Notes: a model not told the origin generated them from the letters alone. 64,000 nucleotides of DNA from Candidatus Poribacteria bacterium (GCA_965214095.1 OZ243938.1:384001-448000), one strand, 5' to 3'. Numbered from the stretch's first letter, positions 50,507 to 61,186 are shown. Numbers and translations are program-made.

Positions 50507-51265
50507 ATGAGACACTTATCACTTCTTTTGCTTTGTTTTTCCTCAATTATGATAATCTCAACTACTGCTATTGATGCTGCAATCGATCCTGATTCCATTG
50601 TTGGCATCTGGCTTCTTGACGAAGGACAAGGTAATGAAATCAAAGATACATCTGTTAACGGTAATGATGGAGAAATCCACGGTGCCAAATGGACAGATGG
50701 AAAAATCGGAAAAGGTTTAGAATTTAATGGTGCTAATCGGGCTGAAATACCCGGTAGCAATACAATTGATGATTATCTTAACGGTTTCACTTATCTTCTA
50801 TGGGTAAAACCAACTGGAAATCCACCAAATGCAAATACACGTGTTATTGAACATGATTGGCATAATCCTACAATACAGCCAAATGATTATTACGCAAGTA
50901 TTGCAGCCAACGCGGACCAAGCACAAACGAACGTACGAGGTGGTACCTGGGTGATGGATGAGTGGAATTTTGTTGCAATGACCTATGATGGGAATACCCT
51001 CAAATTGTTTGTAGATGGAGAATTTGTAGGTGAAAAGGCAGTTGGGAAACCTGATGAGAAATTGGGTGCTGAAATACGACTTGGGTCTTGGAGAGATCCG
51101 GGTTGGAGCTTTATCGGTGTCCTTGATGAGGTCGCTGTTTTCAACGAACCACTTTCAGATGATGATCTAAATCAAATCAGGAACAACGGTTTGGAAGAAG
51201 CACTGTCTGTCTCTCCTACAGAAAAAATGACAACTACATGGGCACGGATAAAAGGACTTAGATAA
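50507..51265 (+). CDS. Secreted LamG-like protein
   Basis: WLLDEG, GKIGKGLEF, LDEVAVFN; tail VSPTEKMTTTWARIK. Confidence 0.85.
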   Translation: MRHLSLLLLCFSSIMIISTTAIDAAIDPDSIVGIWLLDEGQGNEIKDTSVNGNDGEIHGAKWTDGKIGKGLEFNGANRAEIPGSNTIDDYLNGFTYLLWVKPTGNPPNANTRVIEHDWHNPTIQPNDYYASIAANADQAQTNVRGGTWVMDEWNFVAMTYDGNTLKLFVDGEFVGEKAVGKPDEKLGAEIRLGSWRDPGWSFIGVLDEVAVFNEPLSDDDLNQIRNNGLEEALSVSPTEKMTTTWARIKGLR

Positions 51266-51270
51266 AAGGC

Positions 51271-51660
51271 ATGAATCATATTGATTTCTATACTGCAAAG
51301 TTGGAATATGAAACCGATTCTTGGGATCTCAGTGAAGCACTCAATAACGGTGAAGATATTGTTGTTATAGATGCACGTTCACCAGAAACGTATTCTCTTG
51401 AACATATTCCAACTGCAATCAATATTCCTCATAGAACTATGTGTGAGGAAACTACAGACAATCTTGACAAATCTAAATTGTATGTCACATATTGTGATGG
51501 AATCGGGTGTAACGCCTCTACCAAGGGTGCTTTGAATATGTCAAAATTAGGCTTCAAAGTCAAAGAACTCATGGGTGGATTAGATTGGTGGAAACGTGAC
51601 GGTTACGAAACCAATGGAGAACAAGGTGTTGAAGGCACAAAGATCAATTGTGGTTGCTAA
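51271..51660 (+). CDS. Rhodanese-like domain protein
   Basis: VIDAR, HIPTA, YCDGIGCN, GGLDWW. Confidence 0.9.
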   Translation: MNHIDFYTAKLEYETDSWDLSEALNNGEDIVVIDARSPETYSLEHIPTAINIPHRTMCEETTDNLDKSKLYVTYCDGIGCNASTKGALNMSKLGFKVKELMGGLDWWKRDGYETNGEQGVEGTKINCGC

Positions 51661-51683
51661 ATTAGGGAAATATACATTTTTAT

Positions 51684-51712
51684 TTGCATTTATGTTTTTG
51701 ATTATGTATAAT
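51684..51712 (+). promoter_or_regulatory. sigma70-type promoter of tRNA-Asn
   Basis: TTGCAT-17 nt-TATAAT. Confidence 0.7.
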
Positions 51713-51733
51713 TAATAATGTAGTATGTCATAT

Positions 51734-51806
51734 TCCCTCATAGCTCAGTTGGTAGAGCAGATGGCTGTTAACCATCGTGTCGGCGGTTCGAGTCCGTCTG
51801 GGGGAG
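51734..51806 (+). tRNA. tRNA-Asn(GTT)
   Basis: Acceptor TCCCTCA/TGGGGGA, D arm AGCTCAGTTGGTAGAGC, anticodon stem GATGG-ctGTTaa-CCATC, T loop GGTTCGAGTCC; CCA not encoded. Confidence 0.97.
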
Positions 51807-51816
51807 TTCTAATTTA

Positions 51817-51856
51817 TGCTGACGGACTTGGTATTACCTGTTCGTCAGCATTTTTC
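51817..51856 (+). terminator. Intrinsic terminator after tRNA
   Basis: ATGCTGACGGAC...GTTCGTCAGCAT followed by T tract. Confidence 0.75.
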
Positions 51857-51904
51857 TTTAAGTGTCTTTTTCATATAACTCAATATTTTCCAACGGAGGT
51901 TGAT

Positions 51905-52729
51905 ATGCCAAGAAAACTAACCGATTCGCATCTTAAGGAATTTGCTACTAAAGGTTATATCATCGTCCCAGATTACTATTCTGGAACGCAACTCACTGAG
52001 ATGCAAGCTGCTCAACGTCGTGTACTTCCTACATGGGAAAAAATAAAAGATAATCCACCGAATGGTAGAGCAATTCTAACTGAATTTCCATCGTCTGAAA
52101 TGGTTCTGTTAGAGGCGATCGTGGATAATGAAGCCTGGAGTTTTGCACGTAAGTGGTTCAAAACAGAACACATTCACTTCCGTGCAGGGTGCATGATCGC
52201 ACGCTATCCGGAATTCAAAGGTGGTGGTGTTGGTAGTGATGCAAGCGGTCTGCATATTGATAATGGCAATAATTCATTACTACCACAGTCTGAATCTGCA
52301 CCAGAATTCGGGCAACTTGTCTTTTGGGTACACCTTGAGGACGTAGGCGAAGATCAGGCTCCACTGAGATTACTTGCAACTGAGTATGGAGATGACACAT
52401 CCAAATATGAACCTCTTGTTTGCACAGGTGGCACCTTGTGTATCTTCTCCAATTATACATTTCATTCTGCCAGTGATTATCTCCGTGAAGATGGACAACG
52501 TTATACTTGGGGATTCGGCTTAGGTCGTGCAGATCATTATTGGGAAGGCTTTCGGCACTATACCGACAAAGGAAAACACCCAACGTTCTCAAAGTTTATC
52601 GGCACTTTGACAGCAGAAGAACGCGAGGTATTTCGGTTTCCACCAGCGGGTCATCCATATTACTCACCCCAGACACTTAAGGCATTGGAAGAGCAATACC
52701 CCGGTTGGAACTCCCGCGGAGAGTATTGA
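51905..52729 (+). CDS. PhyH family dioxygenase
   Basis: RBS GGAGG then MPRKLTD; FATKGY, LHID, FHSA. Confidence 0.85.
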   Translation: MPRKLTDSHLKEFATKGYIIVPDYYSGTQLTEMQAAQRRVLPTWEKIKDNPPNGRAILTEFPSSEMVLLEAIVDNEAWSFARKWFKTEHIHFRAGCMIARYPEFKGGGVGSDASGLHIDNGNNSLLPQSESAPEFGQLVFWVHLEDVGEDQAPLRLLATEYGDDTSKYEPLVCTGGTLCIFSNYTFHSASDYLREDGQRYTWGFGLGRADHYWEGFRHYTDKGKHPTFSKFIGTLTAEEREVFRFPPAGHPYYSPQTLKALEEQYPGWNSRGEY

Positions 52730-52755
52730 TACTTGGGACTCAGTCCAATATGATG

Positions 52756-54390
52756 TTAAAATGTCGTTTTTCGGAGTCGTTCAGAATGTAACCAGCCTAT
52801 AGTATCAATTAGTTTGTCTTGATACTCATGCATCATCACTTCAATGAGAGTAGGTTTATCTGTAGAGAGTGCCTTAGATAACGTTGGTTTAAATTCCTCC
52901 AATTTTTCAACCCTCCATGCCTCAGCACCAAATGATTTTGCAAATTCTACGAAATCTGGATTATGTAATTCTGTGTCAATGGTCCTTCCCTCAAAATTCA
53001 CTATTTGAGAACCTTTAATCGCAGACAATTCATTATCATTCACTACTATAGCCACAACATTGAGTCCGTATTTCACAGCAGTAGCCAGTTCCATTGCACC
53101 CATCATAAATCCGCCATCACCACTAAAGCAGACAACGGGTTGATCAGGAAATGCAACCTTTGCACCGATAGCAGCAGGATAGGAATAACCCAATGCTACA
53201 CCGATATTCGGATGAAGTAATGTCCGCGGGTCATAGATTGGAAAATCAGTGAAAGAGGCGTAACCAAGTGAATGGACATCTATAGAATAGATGGTATTTC
53301 GTGGTAGAACATCCTGAAGTTCATGAATAATTGGTAAAGGTGGTTGTGATTCAAACTTGGCACGTAGTTTCGGCATCACTTCATTCCAACCGTTATCGTC
53401 TGTGGAAACATCCTCAACGAGTGCTTGCAAAGTAAGTTTTAAATCTCCTACGACACCTATATCACAAGGATATTCCTGTCCTATCTCATTTTCATCTTCA
53501 TCAATCTGAATCAATGTGTTAGGAATCTGCATAGTCCAATTTCGCGTATCTATTGAAGTAAACCGAGGTCCAATAGCAATAAGACAGTCAGCCTTATTAA
53601 GTGCTTCTTTACCTAAATATCCATAACAGATTTGAAGTGACAACCGATGATCTTCCGACAAGGCACCCTTTGCACAACGGGAGACTATGACGGGGGCATT
53701 TAGTTTCTCTGCAAGCAACCGTAACTCAGTTCTTGCATTTGCATGAATAACAGCGGAACCAGCAAAAATCAGAGGATATTTTGACTTACGTATTTTATCT
53801 ATAACTGAACTTAGAGATGTATCGTTGGGCGGTGGCAACTCATCTCGTTCAACACGTTGAGGGATTCTGACCTTAGCATTACCAGATGTCACATCCATCG
53901 GAAATTCCAACACTGTCGGTCCAGGTCTACCATTTCTCATTGCTTTAAAAGCGTTCTCAACGACTATTGGAATCTCCGTGGTAGTACGTGCAATAGCACA
54001 ATACTTAGTGATAGGTTCAAAAAAGCGCATCTGGTCTAAACCGTGAAACATCTTACTCGGATGTCTCTTGTAAGTATCTGAATGACTCTGTCCTGTAATC
54101 AACAGCACAGGAACACAATCGGTGTATGCCTCCAAAATCCCTGTTGACGCATTGCTTGCCCCAGGTCCAGGTACAGTAATGGCTACACCTACATCACCTG
54201 TAGCACGTGCAAATCCATCTGCCATCAGGCTTGCTGAGTATTCATGTCTAACAAGGTAATGATTGATAGATCCAGAACCGCGACGCAGCAGCGAATCGTA
54301 GATGTGAATGTTCTGAGTCCCAGGCATCCCGAAAATCGTATTAACCCCTTGTGCTTTCAGACATTCAATAAGTATATCTCCACCGTTCAC
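52756..54390 (-). CDS. TPP-binding enzyme (acetolactate synthase-like)
   Basis: IFGMPG, RHE, PGPG, GDGGF...VND. Confidence 0.9.
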   Translation of the reverse strand: MNGGDILIECLKAQGVNTIFGMPGTQNIHIYDSLLRRGSGSINHYLVRHEYSASLMADGFARATGDVGVAITVPGPGASNASTGILEAYTDCVPVLLITGQSHSDTYKRHPSKMFHGLDQMRFFEPITKYCAIARTTTEIPIVVENAFKAMRNGRPGPTVLEFPMDVTSGNAKVRIPQRVERDELPPPNDTSLSSVIDKIRKSKYPLIFAGSAVIHANARTELRLLAEKLNAPVIVSRCAKGALSEDHRLSLQICYGYLGKEALNKADCLIAIGPRFTSIDTRNWTMQIPNTLIQIDEDENEIGQEYPCDIGVVGDLKLTLQALVEDVSTDDNGWNEVMPKLRAKFESQPPLPIIHELQDVLPRNTIYSIDVHSLGYASFTDFPIYDPRTLLHPNIGVALGYSYPAAIGAKVAFPDQPVVCFSGDGGFMMGAMELATAVKYGLNVVAIVVNDNELSAIKGSQIVNFEGRTIDTELHNPDFVEFAKSFGAEAWRVEKLEEFKPTLSKALSTDKPTLIEVMMHEYQDKLIDTIGWLHSERLRKTTF

Positions 54391-54524
54391 ACATCACTCT
54401 CCTTTGTGCTTTTTCAAAAAGTCCTCCAACCAAGCATCTGGATCACGTCCAAGTTTCCGCAGAAACAGACATCCTATTTTCTTAACATAATTTGGAAGAA
54501 GGTTAAATAGTCTTAATTGCCAAC

Positions 54525-55703
54525 TCATAATTGTTTAGAGGACAGATCAGATCTGGTCAATAGTGTATTACCTGTAACTTTATCAAACAAGTGTATTCGG
54601 TCAGGAACAAACGATACATAGATATGTTCCCCAATTTTTGCTTCAAAACTGGGTGAGGTGCGAGATTTGATAATCGTATGTGAACCATCACTATCTTTTC
54701 CAAGCGTAATCTCAACAATCGTTTCAGCACCCAGTGGTTCAACGCTGTATACTTCCGCTTTAAATGTATTGACATCAGAATCAAGAGTATTAGCAATAAA
54801 CTCCTGATGAACAAGCACATCCTCAGGATGTGTCCCAATTACCAAATCTTGATTTGTATCTATTTCACCTAACGTTTCTGCCATTTTTTCATCACGGATG
54901 GCAAATGTATGTTCTTCTTTCCCATTACCAGGCAATCTAACTTGGTATGTTCCATTGTTGCTAAAGATGTTACACGGAATACAGTTCATACTTGGGCTGC
55001 CGATAAATCCTGCTACGAATAAATTAGTTGGATGGTTGTATATCTCCGAGGGTGTACCCAGCTGCTGAATCTTTCCAGAATCAAGTACTGCGATACGATC
55101 TGCCATAGACATCGCTTCCACCTGATCATGCGTTACATAAAAGGTAGTCGTTCCAAGTTGACGTTGCCGCCATCTAATTTCAACACGCATTTCAGCACGT
55201 AATTTTGCATCAAGGTTAGAAATCGGTTCATCCATGAGAAAAACCTGTGGATGTCGCACCATTGCCCTACCTAATCCTACACGTTGTGTTTCGCCACCAC
55301 TCAACTGATTTGGCGTTCGCATCAGAAGATGTTCAATATGTAACATCTGAGCAATATCTCGCACACGACTGTCTATTTCTTGTGCTGATAATTTACGAGG
55401 ATGTAGTGGGAAAGCCATATTCTCGTAAACAGATAAGTGAGGATAAAGAATATGTGATTGAAACACAAACGCAACATCGCGCTCTGCGGGGGTTTTGTCA
55501 TTCACACGCACATCGTCTAAATAGATGCTACCTTCTTCAGGTTTGTCTAATCCAGCGATACAGCGGAGTGTCGTTGTTTTTCCTGCTCCGGTCTGCCCCA
55601 GCAAGACGAAAAATTCCTCGTCTTTTACATCAAGTGTGATGTTGTCTAAAGCTGTGAGCTCACCAAAACGTTTCGTAATGTTTTCAAGTTTTACTGTTGC
55701 CAT
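54525..55703 (-). CDS. Sugar ABC transporter ATP-binding protein
   Basis: GQTGAGKT, LSGGE, MDEP, TOBE-like C-terminus. Confidence 0.92.
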   Translation of the reverse strand: MATVKLENITKRFGELTALDNITLDVKDEEFFVLLGQTGAGKTTTLRCIAGLDKPEEGSIYLDDVRVNDKTPAERDVAFVFQSHILYPHLSVYENMAFPLHPRKLSAQEIDSRVRDIAQMLHIEHLLMRTPNQLSGGETQRVGLGRAMVRHPQVFLMDEPISNLDAKLRAEMRVEIRWRQRQLGTTTFYVTHDQVEAMSMADRIAVLDSGKIQQLGTPSEIYNHPTNLFVAGFIGSPSMNCIPCNIFSNNGTYQVRLPGNGKEEHTFAIRDEKMAETLGEIDTNQDLVIGTHPEDVLVHQEFIANTLDSDVNTFKAEVYSVEPLGAETIVEITLGKDSDGSHTIIKSRTSPSFEAKIGEHIYVSFVPDRIHLFDKVTGNTLLTRSDLSSKQL

Positions 55704-55841
55704 TTTTGTTTAGTCTTTGATAAGATATATTCATATTATTGCATGATATGTATTGTAAGTCAATACAAGAGTATGTAAAGTCAGGATTATTTAGGTTTCG
55801 GTATTTCTTGTGTTTTTTTACAAATGCTAAATGCTCCAAGT

Positions 55842-56060
55842 CGGTAGGTTCGGTTTCCTAACCGAACCATGGGCGTCAATTTAGTGTAAATTAGGCGTTT
55901 TCCCCAGACTGGTAGGTTCGGTTTCCTAACCGAACCGGATCCTACGCGAGAACCTCTATGAAGGTATTTGGCACAAAGCCGGTTCGGTTTCCTAACCGAA
56001 CCTACCAGCCCTGGAAGGACGCTAAACTGACACCTATGGTTTCGTTCCTCAACCCAACCG
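55842..56060. mobile_element. REP hairpin, IS231-ended MITE (55868-56038) with two internal REPs, then half of a second REP family
   Basis: CATGGGCGTCAATTTAG ... CTAAACTGACACCTATG; right flank GTTTCGTTCCTCAACCCAACC resembles the 29.3-kb REP. Confidence 0.8.
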
Positions 56061-56185
56061 AAGTGGCAATTGAATTAATCTATCAAACTCACGTTAACAA
56101 ATAAGTTGACGACAGCAATCAAATCTGGTAATCTTATATTCAGAAATTATTTTCAATTTCACAAGAAATCACAGTGGAGTTATAG

Positions 56186-57814
56186 ATGCCAACAAATGGT
56201 GAACTGATTGAAAAATGGCGTGATGCCCCTGCACCACTACTCGGTATATTACACGCTTTTCATGACAGAGATGGATATATCTCAGAAGAAACATTACGGG
56301 ACATTGCAGTTGGATTTCGGATTCCACTTGCAGAACTGTTTGGCACTCTAACTTTTTATCACCATTTTGCTGACAAAGCCCCAGGTCAATCAGCACCGCG
56401 TGTATGCACCGGTCCTGTCTGTCGTTTGAATGGAGGCTTGGAAATTCTTGAAACTTTAAAGCCTGAAGGGGCAACACCAATGGCATGTGCTGGAAGATGT
56501 GACGATTTTGTTCCAGTGCTAAAAGGACATCAAGTATTCACAGGAACGCAAGTTGACACACTCTCAGTACAACCTACTCCATTACCACCTCCATACCCAG
56601 GTGAAAAAGAAGAATGTATTTTTGCACATATACGAGAACCAGGTCAAAATACGGTTGAAGGATATCAATCTACTGGTGGATATGAAGGATTAAAACTTGC
56701 AGTTACAACATTGACACCTAATGAAGTAATTGATATATTAAAAGAAAGTCAACTTGCAGGTAGAGGTGGTGCGGGATTTCCCACAGGTATAAAATGGGAA
56801 TCGGTATTGGATGCACCGGGTGAACCAAAAACCATTATATGCAACGCAGATGAAGGGGAACCAGGCTGTTTCAAGGACAGAGTTATTCTTGATTATGCAC
56901 CTCACATGGTAATTGAAGGGATGACACTTGCGGCTTATGCTACTGGTGCAACCCGTGGTTTCATCTATCTTAGATATGAGTATCCTGAAACTTTGAATAT
57001 TCTTGAACAAGCAATCAAGGAAGCAGAATCAGAAGGTCTTGTTGGCGATGGTATTCTCGGAGAACAGTTCAATTTCCATATATATATTAGACGTGGTGCT
57101 GGTGCTTATGTCTGTGGTGAAGAAGGTTCATTGTTAAATAGTTTGGAAGGTAAACACCCATTCCCAAGGAACAGACCGCCATATCCAGTTACGCATGGGT
57201 TTGAAAACCTACCTACTGTCGTAAACAATGTGGAAACACTTGCAGCCACCACGAAAATTATACGACACGGAGCTGCATGGTACAAAAGTTTGAGTTACCA
57301 TGAAGATTTTGCGGGTACAAAAATCATCAGTTTATCAGGTGATATACAACACCCAGGGAATTATGAAGTGCCATTCGGACTACCACTTGAAACATTGCTT
57401 TATGACTGGGCAGATGGACCGAAGGATGGGAGGCAATTTCAAGCAATAACTTCTGCAGGTTTATCTGGCGGATTTATTGGGGTAAGTGATTTTGACATTA
57501 CAATTGATGAACCGAGTTTTCAGAAGGTAGGCTCAATGCTCGGTGCAGCAGGAATAATGGTTTTTGATGATACACGTGATATGCTTGATATCGCACACAA
57601 CGCAATGGAGTTTTTCGCCGATGAATCTTGCGGTAAGTGTTTCCCTTGTCGTATCGGAACACACAGAATTACAGAACTATTATCAGAACCACTGCATACA
57701 AAATCTATAGAACTTATCTCTGAAATTGGTACCGTAATGAGGGCAACAAGTGCTTGTGGACTCGGAACTGCTGCACCAAATGTGTCGGATAGTTTGTTGC
57801 GAATGATTTCGTAA
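56186..57814 (+). CDS. NuoE-NuoF fused NAD(P)H-binding flavo-FeS subunit
   Basis: CTGPVC/CAGRC; GRGGAGFPTG, CNADEGEPG, GAGAYVCGEE, CGKCFPCR, CGLG. Confidence 0.88.
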   Translation: MPTNGELIEKWRDAPAPLLGILHAFHDRDGYISEETLRDIAVGFRIPLAELFGTLTFYHHFADKAPGQSAPRVCTGPVCRLNGGLEILETLKPEGATPMACAGRCDDFVPVLKGHQVFTGTQVDTLSVQPTPLPPPYPGEKEECIFAHIREPGQNTVEGYQSTGGYEGLKLAVTTLTPNEVIDILKESQLAGRGGAGFPTGIKWESVLDAPGEPKTIICNADEGEPGCFKDRVILDYAPHMVIEGMTLAAYATGATRGFIYLRYEYPETLNILEQAIKEAESEGLVGDGILGEQFNFHIYIRRGAGAYVCGEEGSLLNSLEGKHPFPRNRPPYPVTHGFENLPTVVNNVETLAATTKIIRHGAAWYKSLSYHEDFAGTKIISLSGDIQHPGNYEVPFGLPLETLLYDWADGPKDGRQFQAITSAGLSGGFIGVSDFDITIDEPSFQKVGSMLGAAGIMVFDDTRDMLDIAHNAMEFFADESCGKCFPCRIGTHRITELLSEPLHTKSIELISEIGTVMRATSACGLGTAAPNVSDSLLRMIS

Positions 57815-57878
57815 ACTTTATGTTGAAATTGAAGTGTTATGTAGTTCATAATTTGACAAGTTATTCCAGCATATTCTG

Positions 57879-59075
57879 ATGTTGACTCGAGGATTTATAT
57901 CTCTTTGTCTCATCGTATTTGTAATCGGACTGATTACGGCTCCTGTCCACTTTTTCTTTCCGGTTTATACAGAATCAGAATTAGGGAAAGATGCGTTTTT
58001 TGCTGGGATTTTACGGGCAATACCTATCAGTCTCGGAGGAATTACAGCACTTATTGGAGGAACACTCAGCGACCGCTTCGGAAGGAAACCCACGTTACTT
58101 ATCGGCATGTCCGGTGCGGTTGTAATTGGAGCACTCTTCACAACTCAAATACCACTGTTTATATGGGGTATTCTGTGTTATCAGGGGATCGCTTCAGGTT
58201 TCAAAACAGCAGGAGGACAATCATATTTAATCAGTGCTGTACCATCTAATAAACTTGGTTTTGCAACAGGTCTCTATTTCATCAGTAGTACTGTCGGGGG
58301 TGCATTAGGGAATGCCATTGCAGGTGAAACCATTCATCGAATCAATTTCCAAATATTCGGTGTAAGTTCAGTTGTATTTTCTGGACTACTGTTTTTATGT
58401 GCAATTCTTTATTTGCCGCGTGTGCGACAGAATGTCCAGAATGTTGATCAGAATCAAAAAGGCATCTGGAAATCGACACTCAACATAGGGAAATATATCA
58501 ACCTTTGTCGCAAGTCCAACATTCGGATGTTAATTGGCTTACGCGTTTTTCCAACCTATTATTGGGGTTCTGTCAATCTACTCCTGCCGATTCTGATAAA
58601 TCAACTTGGTGGCAATAGAGCGACTGGATATTATGGAGCAATGAGTCTACTTTTTGCCTTTGCTTGTCAGTTGGTTACTGGTAAAATATGTGATGTAAAG
58701 GGGCATAGACTTCCTGCTTTAGTAGCAAATATAGTCGTTACGCTTCTTGCTTTTGGATTAGTCTTTTTTCACAACTCGTTATTCGGACTGGAATTGTTTG
58801 GGATACTCGGTGCTGGTGCTGCTTGGGCACTTTCAACTACAATACCACGATTTATCAATGAATTTACAACTCCTCAAGAGAAGGGACACGGCGTAGGTCT
58901 AACACATTTAGCTTGGAGCACCGGATTTCTTCTCGGTTTCGTCGCAAGTGGGTATTTGCTGAAAATTTCTACTCATCTGCCTTTTCTTGTCGCAGGAGTT
59001 TTTCTCATTTGTTCATCATGTATAGCCTATAAACTATTTAATATAAAATCACCAATTAGAAAGGAACACCTATGA
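57879..59075 (+). CDS. MFS transporter
   Basis: Motif A GTLSDRFGRK; multiple TM helices. Confidence 0.9.
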   Translation: MLTRGFISLCLIVFVIGLITAPVHFFFPVYTESELGKDAFFAGILRAIPISLGGITALIGGTLSDRFGRKPTLLIGMSGAVVIGALFTTQIPLFIWGILCYQGIASGFKTAGGQSYLISAVPSNKLGFATGLYFISSTVGGALGNAIAGETIHRINFQIFGVSSVVFSGLLFLCAILYLPRVRQNVQNVDQNQKGIWKSTLNIGKYINLCRKSNIRMLIGLRVFPTYYWGSVNLLLPILINQLGGNRATGYYGAMSLLFAFACQLVTGKICDVKGHRLPALVANIVVTLLAFGLVFFHNSLFGLELFGILGAGAAWALSTTIPRFINEFTTPQEKGHGVGLTHLAWSTGFLLGFVASGYLLKISTHLPFLVAGVFLICSSCIAYKLFNIKSPIRKEHL

Positions 59076-59599
59076 ATATTGTTGAACTTGATTTAGAAAA
59101 TGCTGAACACCTTGAACTTACCAAATCGGAATGGCGGTTTGCAGAAGGACTTGTCCCAGGTGAACCAAATGGCGGCTTAGTCAATCTGATGTCAGATTCA
59201 CCAGCGCGAAATGCTGATTATGACGATTCCGGTTGGGACGTTTGTGAGAATATCCAAGAAATCGTTCTATCCGGACTATGTTTTGGATGGTATCGGATTA
59301 CCGTCACAATTCCTGAAGAAGTTGATGGAAAGTCTGTTACCGGGTCAAAAGTGTGGTTTCACACTTGTATTGATGACTACGGTGAAGTCTGGGTTGACGG
59401 TGAAATTGACTTAGCTTTCGGTGAATCTGGACGTGGTGCTGCTTCTGGATTCAATGCCCCACAACGGGTGGTTGTATCCGAAAGTGCTGAACCCGGAGCG
59501 AAACATGTCCTTGCCTGTTTAGCTATAAACGGACCTCTTGCAAGACCGGGAGGCGGCATTTTTCTCCGTTTTGCAAAACTTGAATTTGAAAGTGAATAA
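59072..59599 (+). CDS. Hypothetical protein, galactose-binding-like fold
   Basis: DYDDSGW, GWYR, IDDYGEVWVDG. Confidence 0.65.
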   Translation: MNIVELDLENAEHLELTKSEWRFAEGLVPGEPNGGLVNLMSDSPARNADYDDSGWDVCENIQEIVLSGLCFGWYRITVTIPEEVDGKSVTGSKVWFHTCIDDYGEVWVDGEIDLAFGESGRGAASGFNAPQRVVVSESAEPGAKHVLACLAINGPLARPGGGIFLRFAKLEFESE

Positions 59600-59698
59600 T
59601 GCAATATAATGTTGTGGGGTGGTTCTACACCATTCCACATAGATTTAGTGTAAATTAGGCGTTTCCCCAGGACGGTAGGTTCGGTTTCCTAACCGAAC

Positions 59699-61186
59699 CA
59701 TAGGCGTCAATTTAAGGATGCACCAAGACCGATAAGTGTCAACTTTTAATCAGAGAAAGTATAAATTATGAAATAAAACTTCTGTAAAAATGAAAACACC
59801 TCATATATAATGTAGATATAGATTTATTATGGTCTACAAAGAGGTGTTTCCTAATGAATACATTATCACAAGTTCCCAAAGAAATGCAACATATTCTTAC
59901 AACTATAGCCAATGATGCAGCTCTCAATACAGGTTTTGTCAAAAGAAGTTGTAAACTCAACGGTAGTCGTTTTGCTCAAATACTCATTTGGACTTGGTTA
60001 GAAAACCCAGATGCCACCTATACACAACTTGCGCAAACCGCTGGTGTGCTGGGGATTTCAATCTCACGACAAGCCATTGAACAACGATTTACATCTGAAG
60101 CAGCAGAGACCCTGAAAGTTATCCTTGATGCTACTGCGTCCAAGGTTATTTCTGCCGACCCGCAAACGCTTCCGCTCCTTGAAAAGTTCACTGGTGTCTA
60201 TTTACAAGATAGTTCTTGGATTACACTCCCTGATGTGCTCCACGAAACTTGGGAAGGTGGAAGCAAAAAGAATAAACCGAACACAGCTGCCGTGAAACTC
60301 CACCTGCGTTTTGATAGTGCCACAGGCACTTTTGAACACTTTGAACTGACCAATGGTATCACCGCTGATAGTGCTATTGAAAAGCAGATTGACATGCTAC
60401 CCGCCGGCAGTTTGCGCCTCGCAGACCTCGGCTATTATTCACTTGATACCTTCAAAAGACTTTCCGATGCAAACGTCTTTTGGATATCACGCTACAAAGT
60501 CCAGTGTTTTCTCTATGATGAAACAGGTGCCCCTTTTTGTTTGCTAAAATGGCTCAAGAAGGGTTCTAATAACTTCAAGGACAAACAAATCTTTATAGGT
60601 AAAAACAAGCGTCTCAAAGCACGATTAGTTGTTCAAAGACTTTCAGAAACAGAAACCCAACAGCGTATTAAGGAGATAAAACATCGTGCAAAGCGGAAGT
60701 ATACGAAACCTTCACCCAAACGACTTCAGCTCGCAAGATGGAATATCTACATTACTAATATAAAAGTAGACCATCTGACTGCTGAACAGATTTGTGCTGT
60801 CGCACGCATCCGATGGCAGGTTGAGTTGATGTTCAAGTGCTTCAAAAGCATTGGAAAAGTTGATACCTCCCGTAGCGACAAGCCATATAGAATCTTATGT
60901 GAGTTATATGCAAAACTCATCGTCGCAATTATGCGGCACTGGATCATGTTAAGGGTCGGTTGGCGATGTCTAAAACATAGTCTAACAAAAACAGCAGAAC
61001 TTATTAGCACCTTCGCACGCACACTTGCAATAGGTTTCCGCAAGTCTATAATGTCTTTTCGGCAAACTTTTGATGAAATAAAACACGCTTTCCAAAATGG
61101 GTGCTACATTGAGAGACGTGCTAATAGAGACACAACATTAGAACACCTTGAAAATGCAGCAAAAAATCACTAAATTGACGCTTATG
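59699..61186 (+). mobile_element. IS4-family element with IS231-like ends
   Basis: TIR CATAGGCGTCAATTTA / TAAATTGACGCTTATG; flanked on both sides by the same 20-bp REP hairpin. Confidence 0.9.
59854..61173 (+). CDS. IS4 family transposase
   Basis: LQDSS, LADLGY, ITN, RWQVELMFKCFKS. Confidence 0.92.
   Translation: MNTLSQVPKEMQHILTTIANDAALNTGFVKRSCKLNGSRFAQILIWTWLENPDATYTQLAQTAGVLGISISRQAIEQRFTSEAAETLKVILDATASKVISADPQTLPLLEKFTGVYLQDSSWITLPDVLHETWEGGSKKNKPNTAAVKLHLRFDSATGTFEHFELTNGITADSAIEKQIDMLPAGSLRLADLGYYSLDTFKRLSDANVFWISRYKVQCFLYDETGAPFCLLKWLKKGSNNFKDKQIFIGKNKRLKARLVVQRLSETETQQRIKEIKHRAKRKYTKPSPKRLQLARWNIYITNIKVDHLTAEQICAVARIRWQVELMFKCFKSIGKVDTSRSDKPYRILCELYAKLIVAIMRHWIMLRVGWRCLKHSLTKTAELISTFARTLAIGFRKSIMSFRQTFDEIKHAFQNGCYIERRANRDTTLEHLENAAKNH

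Noticed and set aside
51734-51806. tRNA-Asn as integration site of the left-hand island
   Set aside because: No duplicate of its 3' end noticed, and it is about 48 kb from the recombinase
51725-51904. N-terminal extension of the PhyH ORF
   Set aside because: Overlaps tRNA-Asn and its terminator; true start at 51905 has a GGAGG RBS
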